From the NCBI RefSeq assembly GCF_964355755.1, contig NC_092675.1, positions 22,230,912 to 22,294,911 on the forward strand: a stretch of DNA of 64,000 bases, given 5' to 3'. How positions within the stretch are numbered: position 1 is the stretch's first letter; each line of letters opens with the position of its first letter. A program made the translations under genes and the position numbers. Of the stretch, positions 30,001 to 41,500 are shown piece after piece. The notes beneath the pieces were generated by a model. The model made no database searches. It was not told the DNA's origin and worked only from the letters and a program-made list of their open reading frames with translations. The stretch comes from Antedon mediterranea. Taxonomy: Eukaryota > Animalia > Echinodermata.

Positions 30001-31982
30001 TATTATTAGATAGTAGATAGTCGAGAAAACTTAAATTTGGATGGATTAACAATAAGAAAATATAGTTTGAAATACGGTAATACCGGTATAATGTAAAATA
30101 ATAATAATAATAATATAATGTAAAATTAAAATCCAATTCAGCCTAAAGAACGTAAAGAAGTCAATGGTAAAATGAACCGGAATGAGCCAAAATGGCGTAG
30201 GCGTAAATACACAATGTAGATGAATTGTACAGACGATGGCTTAACATATTTAAATGTCTAGAATTTATAGCCTAAATTTTTAGTTTTTTTAAAAACTAAA
30301 AATTTAAAAGATTTAAATTTAAAAATTTTAAAGATTTTAAAAAATCTTGTGGGTTTTTTTTGTCGAAGTATTTTCTTCATTTTGGTTTAGTTAAAAAAAT
30401 CGTTAAAATAAACAATAGAAGTAATTTACCGTTATTTTACTAATAATTCGTTGATATAGATACTGTACAATATTTTCAACATGAAAAGTATCTTTGGCGT
30501 TTTAAAAATGGAGTTGTTTATTGAAAACATTTTACACAAAGATCCATAATTTTTAAATGATTAAAACGTCTTTTTATTTCCATTGTACTATAGGCCTATT
30601 TATGTTATGTTGAGTTGCGCGCATCAAAATTACGTAAAAAAACAAAAGTACTTGTACGCTACTATACAGTACACCTTTCAACGGTTTATTTTTTATGCGA
30701 AAGTTCGAAACCCGGCCATTTATGTTATGAGATATGTCATAACTCATAACGTCGTTGTATGTTTTAATTTGTAAATGATGTTCTTCATAAAATATTACAC
30801 ACATGTGTATAATATGATGGTCATTACCCTTCACCACTAGGAATTTGGTTCCAGTTGTCAATCATTAAACACGGCAATTAACGCAACAACTCAACATCTA
30901 GCAAGCGCATTTACCAAAAATGTCCCAACATTTGGAAACGATAACCATGATAAAACTGTCAAATTCATTTTGATGGATCGGTTTTCTGATCATATATAAA
31001 CACAATATTTGGATTGGGTACCGATGAACGTGCCCTGAAAATACCAATCAATTTAAATCACCATGGCAACATGCTCGCTTTGGACTATGTGAGATAACAT
31101 CTTTGCTTGGGCGAGTTACCGAACGTGGCAAGAGGCTTTGTATAGATGGAATTAAGATCCGTTAATAACTTTGCTGTCATATGGTAGTAATCGAAAACGT
31201 TTCGGCTAGCCATATATTTTAACACCTTGTACTTGCGATAAGACATTTTTTTTAATCTGTTGAATTATTATAGAAGCCTAAAGATGATAACATTTTTGAT
31301 CGATGGATATAAGAGATATGCTTATCAGATGTACAATTTACGGTTGTAGGCCTAATTCAAATACGTTTATTTTCATCATAAAATATTTTTTTTAACAACG
31401 AAAGAAAAATACTAGATTAAAAATACTACAGCGTAATTCATTGATCTGGCAATAATGGGTTGTTTTTTACATTTTAACTTCCTCTTCCTTTTATTTTATC
31501 ATTCTCGTTTTATATTTATTTTTTTGAATTAGTATATTCAATCACTCTCAATAATCACCAAATTAATGTTGTTTCATAAGAAACCAATTGGCTTCAGACA
31601 AGACAAAAGATACAACTTCCAATGCAAACAACCGATTCGATTCTAATTACTAAAAGTCAGTCACAAATTGTCTGTGAGTATCTAAAACAATATTGTATTT
31701 TGTAAGCAAATTGAGTTTTCATTAGATAGACACATCTGGGTAATTATAGTAGCAAGATGCACGAGAAGAAATAATGAGAAATGGACTATTGATGATGGAT
31801 TAATAATGATGAATGGTTTGTGATTTCAACGAACTAAATGTTTAGTTCTATTATGATTTACTGTTAGTGTTCATACAAAATATAGAAAGCAAAAATGTTA
31901 GCTAAATACATGTATTAACGAACTTTAAATAATTTTTATTTCTATAATAACGGTAGACATATACATAGAAAGCAAGCTCAAA

Positions 31983-32310
31983 TATTATACAAATAATGAA
32001 TGTTTATGATGAGTGCAATGGTACAAATAATGGCACGAGGTGAATGATGAAAGGTTATATCAACGAGGCAAAGCCGAGTTGATATAACCTTTCATCATTC
32101 ACCAAGTGCCATTATTTGTACCATTACACGAATACAAAACATTCATTATTTGTTTTATATAACATCTAGACGTTTTTTTTTCGTACACAAAAATGTTTCA
32201 AAAAGTACTATTTAACGATCGTTGAATAGTGCGTAGGCCTACTATTGCACGCCATGTGACCCACATTCGTCCAATCAAATGACAGGAATTTATATAGGTG
32301 TTATATAATA
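31983..32310. mobile_element. Foldback/hairpin non-autonomous element
   Basis: ~75-bp arms (31989-32064 vs 32078-32153) around a GAGGCAAAGCCGA centre; TATTATA...TATAATA ends. Confidence 0.7.
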
Positions 32311-35300
32311 CTGTATTATCAACGAACGAATGTTTAGTTCTATTGTGTGATTTACATAGCAAGCAGACTCAAAATGTTCACTGAATATAATATAGTATTA
32401 TTAATCGAAAATTTAACTATTTTTTACTTCTATAAACGGTAGACATAATGTGCAAAAAAAGTGTATAGTAACAAAATGTTTCAGTTTCAAATATGCTTCT
32501 GTTATTCCTGCAGTAACTATTTTACGATTCTTCTGCAGTCAAGTTTTAGAGAAGTATAATGTATTGATCTTTTATCGTTTCCCGTAATTTGTTGTTTATT
32601 ATGGGACTTTAAAACAAATAAATGGTAGTGTTTTAGAGGTTCTGTGCATGTTGATCGTTCCCTTCATCATTAGTTATTCTTAATCATAAAAACTAATTAC
32701 GTCGTTACATCACAAAACAATCAAACAATATTTACATAGCGCAGGTTACAAACAGTGAAGGAGAAAATCATAATTACTTCTGTATGACATAGGCCTACAA
32801 CTGTTATGTGATCAATTGGGTTTCTATAAATCTGGCGCATCTGCGACAATGTAATCAAGTTGGTGATAAATACTAATGAGAAATCACTACTTAAAAGCAA
32901 ACAGTAATAGGCCTATAGTAAGTAAATTGCTCATATTCGCTCACGGCTAATCGTGTTCATTATTTTGTGTTGATACACTTCAATTACCCTTTAATTAATT
33001 GTTTTTGTGAAAGAAGAAAATATAAATAGCATCGTTCTACTGTCTCATCATGGAAATGATAAAGCTCTTTTGTGTTAATGATTAGTTTTTCTTGTTTTCT
33101 TTGCCTAATTATTATTCGAAGGCAGGCGCGGCCTACTTGACTTGGCAAAAGCTTTTGTTTTTGGCAACGCGCCCTCTATATCGTCACACATAAAAAACTA
33201 TTACTGTAGGCCTATACCATAGGGTAGACTTGCCCCAAAATCTGTATTCATTGTCTTTCTTATTTATTTTTTTCGCGCCGCGGCTTTAGCCAGCAATGTT
33301 CCAAGACATACTCATTAAAGGGCTTTATCATCGCGGTAGCTATAGTTCTAAGGCCGACAGTTTTGGGAATTTGTAAACTCGACTATAATTCTATAGGTCC
33401 CAGCTGCTGGACCCAAAAACGGATGGGAAAATTAAGGTCACACACACAGCAGTTCAAAATTGACCATTTTTTAAATGCCATTTTTTAATTAGTAGATTCA
33501 TATTTGTTGGCAAATAATACATTGTTGGAAAGGTACACATGTCTTCTTTTAAATGCTGTTGAAAATTATCAGAAATATCAATTATTCAATGAAATACAAC
33601 CAGATTACTAACACTCACCAAAATGGGCATGATGTGATTTATAATTAAAAATTAATAGTGATTGTGTATTTTTGCGATTAACCAACATATTTTTATTTTG
33701 TTACACGTTTTCATGGTAACAACATATTTTCTATAAATTATTAATATATCTGAAGAAAGAACATAATTAATTTTAAAATGTGGAGCGGCGTTTAAAATGT
33801 CGAACGCCATATGTGCAAAAATATTTATCTTTTTACTAATAATAAGACAAAATTCGGTCTTGAACCCAGACTAACCATTTGGTTACACTTTTTACCTTAA
33901 GTTTAACGATTGTGAAAGTGACAATAGAAGACCAACATTATTAAAATTCAAGATAAAAAAACCCAGGAAAATGATCAGGAAACATCAGGTGGAAACTGTA
34001 ATCTCTCGCGTATGTTTTTTTTTTTTAATATGGCATTATGGCTACAGAAAGTACTTTCTGTAGGCCTACTTGTTGAACCTGAGAGAGGTTCTTCACATGC
34101 ATCTTATGCATTATGAGCTGGGTTTAAGTTTAATTAAGTAAATATAATAATAAACTTCTAGAAATGTAGAAATAATGTAGTAGGCCTACAATATTTAGCT
34201 TTGTGACATCATCGGCACAGAATATACACTTCACTAAACATTCACAAAAATCTTAACCTCAATAGTTGCCCGATTACCTTTCAATGTCAAACCGTAGTAA
34301 GCCTAAGAAAATAATAACAATATCAAGTACTGCCACGTGTATTATAGATTTGATACTTTTTATTATTTATTCACTTTGTTTGATCAAGTATATCAAACTG
34401 AAATAGGTACATTTTAGATCTTTGAACCGTGGTATAGCGTCTGCGGACCATTTAGTTTGTTCTAATTGCAAGTTTATTTAAGTCACTAAACGACAAACTA
34501 TTAAAATGAATTCGTCAATTGGCACCTACCAGTCGCATCATTACGGTAAATGAATTTCCTTAACTGATTTAATAACCACCGAGAATATGGTTTGAATACC
34601 TTCTATAGGGGCATACTGGGTAGACTTAGTGGCATAGTAGTAGTAGTACTAATAGTGGTAGTTGTTAGTGTTGTAGTTGTTTTAGAAGCAGTGGTATTAA
34701 TATAAGTTCCCAAAGCAGTGATGGTACCATGGACCTAATTTTGAGGTTCATGGTAGTACTTTACTAGTGGGAGAAGTAGGGATAGTAGCTGTTCCCGAGC
34801 TGCAATTGGTATTAGCACAAGTTTCAAAAGGAGTTGTATATAGTACTATAAGAAGTAGTGTTAGAAGTTGTGATGCCCATTTAATATAAGTTTTAAAAGC
34901 AATGGTACTGAGTATTAGAAACTTTAGGTAGTGGTAGTACAGACATTTTTAGAAACAGTAGTACTGTTGTGTAAGATGTAGCTAGATGTTAAAAGACTCG
35001 TAGTGAGTACTGTACTAGTTGTAGCAGCGGTGTTGAAGAAATGATGTAGTGTAAGGACAGTGCTACAGAGGTGCTAGATGTATGCTTGTGTGCTTTATTT
35101 AGCGGTAATATAGATAGTTAGTGGTATCATAAGTATAAGTGTTTACTGTAAAGTAGTTATTCTTCAACGAATAATGCCTAAATCACCTAACAATAAAAAT
35201 TACACCCACATGCTCTCAACTCATAGAACAAACCTTGTCACGGTTCGTAACCAGATACAATAACTGTAAGAATTAAACGAGGACGAGTACAATTAGTCAA

Positions 35301-35463
35301 AAAAGGTGCGTTGACGCTGTTTCAACACCTTATAATCGGCCACTGTTCAGGACAATACCCATTATTTGTGCCGACTTATCTGTCTATGTTGACTGCCCTA
35401 GAATAGGCATTCTATTTAGGAAATTCGATCTGTAGGCTCAAGTACGGAAGATACTTTAACAGA

Positions 35464-37169
35464 ATGAGTAGCGGTACCAACGTTCGAACCGAGTCGCGGA
35501 GTTATCGAATCGAGACGCAACAAAGATTTACGTCAAACCAACGATCATCTAACGGAATTGATCATGGTACATCATCGGTAACAAGTACCGGATTTAATGG
35601 ATCTTCTACAAATGTACCTAGTATTCGCGTTTCTAGCGACTCCAAGACACACCAGTTCAGACCAGTTTCGCCACTGTCTAGTAACTTTAGTAAGTTTAGG
35701 CCTACTTCGAATGCTTTTTGTTAGTTGATTTTAACGATGTTATTTACTTCATTTCTGGTATGCTATTGCTAATATTTTTTTTAAGAATTACACCATTTCT
35801 CATTAAGACTACGTATTTTCAATACTATATAGTTCGAAATAGCATTGGATGCGGTATAGCTGAAGTATCTGTGTGTCATATAAAGCCTGATTCGGTAAAC
35901 CATAATAATAATCGGTTCAGCCTATTTTGCTATCTTTCTACTTTTTTTTTTCTAAAACTGTATCCTGTAAAATATAAAATTTAGTAAGGTTTGATAAGTG
36001 TTAGTCAAAAGGCGGTTAAAGCAGAGAAATTAAACAAATTGTGCATACTGTACGGTACTGTACAATTTGTATTTAACTGGTCGGTGTCTGTTGGAAAAGG
36101 ATCTTTTTGTTTAAACAAACTGAAGTATGTGGGCTTGTCAAGCAAATTCCATAAAATACAATAGCTAATATAGCCGAGGAGATTAGGTTACAATTGTTAA
36201 CCGTGGGATTAGTAAAACCATGGAGGTATAAAAAATATACCTCCATGGTAAAACGGAGATTTTATCTCCGAATAAAATTGCCGTGGTTGACTGCTAAAAG
36301 TGACAATAACTATCTGGTAGGTCTAGTATTAAATGCTGTATCAATAATTGAAATAAAACAGCCTATTCTCAAACTTGTATTTACTGTCTTTAACGAAAAC
36401 AATTATGTATGTATGTTTGAAATAATATGTATACAAACTATATAAACTAAACAGCCATAAGTCGCGTGCTAAAACGCATAGTGATACCGGACCGACAGAC
36501 AGACCGACCGACCGACATAGTGAACTATAGAGTCGCGTCCACGCGACTAAAAATAAGGAAATCAAATGGGGTAGGCCTATTACGATTCTTGGAGGTAGAT
36601 CTAGGGTTTGGTGTAAATGGTTGTTGGCGTTTTTCACATTCAAGTGATTTCCAACCTAGCAGCTAGAGTGAAAGTTGGTTTTAAAATTCTTTTTGGAGGG
36701 AAATACACTAGAATTTGTATAATAATAATATCCTGGATTTATATAGCGCCTAATGTTGTGAAACCTCTAAGCGCTGAACATTATTACCCCAGTCATTTTT
36801 TGGATTAAACGCGTATGGATGGAAACATACTCCCATCATGATCATAATAGTACTTAATCTACTTCTTTTTTTCTTTTAGACTCAAGATCTCAAAATGATG
36901 ACGATAGGAACACAGCCGTGATCAAAAGCTCTGACATGACCGAGGAAATGCAAGAGACGGCAGTCGAACTAGCATTAGACGCCTTCAAGCGATGCAAAGT
37001 GGAGAAAGACATTGCCGCCAACATCAAACAAGCATGCGATGAGAAACTTGGGCCTACATGGCATTGCATCGTGGGAAAGAGTTTTGGAAGCTACGTAACA
37101 CACGAAACTGATTATTCTATCTATTTATACGTTGGACAAATGGCTATCTTGCTTTTTAAACAAGGATAG
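35464..37169 (+). CDS. DYNLL: Dynein light chain LC8-family protein with Ser/Thr-rich N-terminal extension (~171 aa, 2 coding exons)
   Basis: Exon 35464-35689 (donor GTAAGT, phase 1) joins exon 36880-37169 (polypyrimidine tract + AG) in frame. The C-terminal domain [13 protein letters not shown]...EKDIAANIK...[19 protein letters not shown]...ILLFKQG is clearly LC8. The LC8 exon is secure; exon 1 is less certain. Confidence 0.85.
36460..36554 (-). mobile_element. Helentron/DINE-1-like non-autonomous element end
   Basis: Stem-loop AGTCGCGT-CC-ACGCGACT next to an A/T run, an adjacent (GACN)n tetranucleotide tract, and a second AGTCGCGT sub-terminal repeat. Confidence 0.6.
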
Positions 37170-38586
37170 TTTTTGTTTTACCCATGAACTTAAAACTCGA
37201 GCGAATTATAATATTATATACGAACAGTAGGAATATAGACGTTTAAAGGTCGCCCTCTGAAAACTCTATATTTGTTGACAGCCGCAACATTTTTTTATTA
37301 TTACTGTAATTTAATAAGTCTTAATTAAGTAATAACGTGGTACATTAACGTATACAGCCTGTGCTACTTTAAGTATCAAGAGGGATGTTGTTTTCATCCA
37401 TTTTGTGGGTTATTTTATATACTGTATATAGTACATAACAGTAGATGAAACACATCCAACATTTTCAATCTAAACCCTCCAAAGTGACGGATCATGTGCA
37501 CAGTGGTACCAATAATTAGACGTATGAAGTAATGAATCATGCACTGCATTGCCAAATATATTATCTTAGATGACCAGTGGAGCGTTAGGTTATGTGGAAC
37601 AATTAATACAGCACTGTAAAATATAGGTGTTTGTCTACACAGAAAAAGTAAACTTATAAAACTTTAATAAACTAAATAAATACTACTACAGCATTGAATG
37701 ACAAATGTTGTCACAACTCTCTTGTTTATCAGTTATTGGAAAATGTTGACCCTTTTATTATATAAAGAGCACAGATAATGAACGCAACCAATATACGTGC
37801 GTACTACCTAGCAATAGCGCATAAAGGCCAAACCGCGGCATAATTCTCACAAATGATCTTCTGATGGTCTTGGGTTAGATGATCGTCCCCATTTTTCATT
37901 CTTTTGACGGGAAATGTTACTTTTTAATATGGTGGTCCCAAATATTAATTTATTTTCCTTTCTCTTTAGTGGACAAAGATAACATTTACCGTAGCGTCTG
38001 CAGGAAGCCTCAATATTTTGGCATATATTGTTTAAACATTGATGCAAACTATTAATCTACCATTACAACACATGACAAAATAAAACAAACAATAAAATAA
38101 ATTTTCCTTTCTTTTTTTAAAATAAACTAATCACATACACAATGTATTCGCTTCTACAACCTTTTAGTTTTAAAACTTAGTTTATTAGTATTTATACAAA
38201 AACAAAAGATTTTTTTTTACCAAGAAATACAATATCAATCATGTGTAGTATCTGTACTTTTCTGAGTATGTTATTAAGTTTGACACGAAAAGGTTGTGCC
38301 GCACACACCATTTTCAATGAAAATTTAAATTTTCAAGTTTTTAATCTTTTCTTCTAATTTTTGCTTACCATTATTGAAAACTTGTCGTCATTATTTTCTG
38401 TATATTTACGGCACTTTCATTATAATAATTTTACAATAAAAAAAAGCTAATAAATAAATAAATAAATGAGAAATGATATCAAGAAAGGCCAGGCAAGTCC
38501 AAGATTAAAAAATATATACAAAAGATATTTCTTCATTTTTTCTTGTAGAAGTTTATTTTATTTTCATGGTCCTTGTTGAATACAGA

Positions 38587-41500
38587 TTACATTTCCATGT
38601 CCTCTTCAGTTTCTACTTCCGGTCGATCTGTAAAGAAAATAATTTGCATAAAATTTAACTGCTACAATTACTTCCAATCCACATACAACCAGATTGTAAC
38701 ACATTGTATGGGCACTGATTGGCCGCGGCTTTTTCTTTCTGTTCTGTAATTGGTTAATTGGTATTATGTCCCCAACTATTAAAAATGCACTCTGAAATTC
38801 TCAGCCCAAGAGAGTCCAGTCAGAGAGTGGTCTATACAGCAAATTACATTATTAGTGTATTGCACAGCTTATACTTGACATAAGAGGATATAAATGTCCT
38901 TGTATGGTTACCCCCAATCCCCCAACCCCTGTGGCAGTTCAAATGTAGTTTAAAACATTGCCATTTTGATACTCCATGTGTATGGATGCCTGCGTGGACG
39001 GTAGGTGGCACTGCATGGTTGCTAGCCAACCAAAAAATGCGTTCAACCTGCCTGAGTGACTCAGAGGTCACCAATGGTTTGGAATAGGCTTACTGAAGGA
39101 AAGCAAACTAAAATTTCAAAAGATAACTAAATATTTGTTTATATACTAGTTTAAATTTTTTTTAATCAAGCTAAGATACATAATTTGATAGAACTACAGA
39201 TCTATATAGTTTATCAACATCGTAGCGTTGAACGCATTTTTTGGTTGGCTAGCGCCATCTATCGTTGTGACGTCACACCGCAGAACTCTATATTAAACTA
39301 ACCTTGTCCATTAGACGTTGCTTCCTTGCCTGGTATGTGGCCTGACTGAAGTAGCTGCTTCAACCTTTCAACTTCATCTAGTGACTTAGCATTTGCTATG
39401 GCAACCTATAAACAACAAGATTAAATGCTGAATTTAAAAAAAGTGTCCTGAACTCTTTTATCCCTGAGTAGTATCAATTCTTTATCAGCTTCATAAAATT
39501 TCATAATTCAAATTATTGATATTAATCTGATTATGGCTATAATTTTTACATAATACTCATTTGTACACAAAATCTTATTATCCAAAATACATGATATGCT
39601 TTAGGATTAAAAACTTTGTGAAGTGAATCCAGGAGTCAAGTTTTTTTTATGTTGGAATGTCAAAAAAAAAATTACATTAGCTCACTGTAGCCGAAAATTT
39701 GTTTGAAGAAGTTCAGTTACTCCTGACTTTTTTGTTGTTTGTGTATGAAAAGTATTTATTAATGTTAAAAATAAGGGCTTTTTGTAAGCACCAAAAAAAA
39801 AGCAGTAGAGCATGACAAACACCTGCACATGCTCACAACCAATGATTGTCACCTACTCTACACTAGGCAGAATCATGGTCATTGCAAAATCTATCATAAA
39901 ATTTATTGTTATGTGAGCATACTCAGGTTTTTGTTATGCTCCATTACTTCCACCATCATCAATGTTGCATGCAGTTGAATATTTGTTGTTATAGTTGCTT
40001 TTGACCGATTCTCGTTGTTTTACATTTTACCTGTCGATATAACACTAGTAACACCGCTTGTCTACTTACCTGATGTACGAATCACTTACCACTTCTACTG
40101 TCTCCTCATCAAAACGAACGCTTCATATTCACTGCCACGTTTCAACTTACAATCATAATTCAAAGACATATTATATTCCCTACCACTAATCCATGCAACC
40201 AACCTTTTCTTTCATATTATTTTTAACAGAATTAGCATATTTTACAAAGCAGGTGTACATTTAAAACTTCCTACTCTGAGTGGAAGGAAAAGCAGAATAG
40301 GCATTGCTTTTTTTTTGTGCTATAAGATTTTTACCTAGTGTTAAAAGATTTACATGGAAACATTGTATTTTTCTTATGTCAATAGTAAACAATGCATTTA
40401 GTGGACATGTCGGCATATTTATAGTACTAATTTCAATAATTTATATCTTTTTATTCATCTACCTAAACAACTACTTTATTAAAGGTTTTCTATCACAGAT
40501 CATAATTTTAAGTTTAATAATTAAACATCTGTGTGTTATTAAATTGTCAAAATTTTACATTCAAAGTTCACATAGTTAATGTACTAATAATACAATATTA
40601 ATATATATTAGCATTTTACTACAGATATTATATAAAACAATAGCAATGGTTACTACCTTGATGGCACTGATGTCAGCCGCTGATGGTCCCGAGCTCTTTT
40701 CAGTCGGTAGACCTGCACCAGGTACAAAACTGCAAGAAAAGTGACAATTATAAGTCTCAAGCCTAAAAACAATACTGGGCAAATATAATAAAAAGTACTT
40801 AAAAAAAAACTATTTAGACAAGAGAGGCATAGAAAGGCAAGGTACAGTAAAGTAGTAACACTTTAAAAGTGATATTTTAAGAAAACCACAAAAAGTATTT
40901 AATTAATATTAAACTTACGTCTTTGACCGTTTCCCCAAATCTTTGGCGAGTGTTTGACCCTTCTTTCCTTTGAACATCAGCGATGCTGCTTCTCTTTCCT
41001 ATAAAAAATATGGTTTGTGGTCTTCAGTAATTCACATGGTAAAAATATTAAAATGATCAAATATATATTTTAGAACTACACCAGGGTCCCAGACCTACAG
41101 CATAATATGAAGTAGATGCATCCAAGATGCATCATCTTGTCATTGGCTGTAAAGAACATCACATAAGATGTACCAAAACATTGGGATGACCCCCTACCCT
41201 AAAAGATAGAGTTCTTCACATGAGTCAGATGTGTACACTACCACCACCATATGGTCAAAAAGTGCCTAGAATCTGTACCAATATGATGGATATGGCTATA
41301 ACTAGTATCCCAAATAAACTATTAACTTAAGCCAGGACAGTTTATGATTCTTTATTTAGTACATTATTTAAATAAAAACTAAAATGTTAATGATTGTAAT
41401 AATGTACACAATTACAAATGATGTGTGTATAACTTAATCATGCCTTACCTTCTGTTTGATTTTCCTAAAATCTAATAGTTTCACTTGAGGTAGTTTATGA

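Noticed and set aside
5000-34600. Numerous 60-100-aa ORFs in the ORF track
   Set aside because: AT-rich, F/I/L/K/N-biased chance ORFs with no recognisable homology or consistent splice structure.
34620-35130. GTA/GTG-rich stretch as a mucin-like exon
   Set aside because: Degenerate low-complexity repeat with no long ORF in the track.
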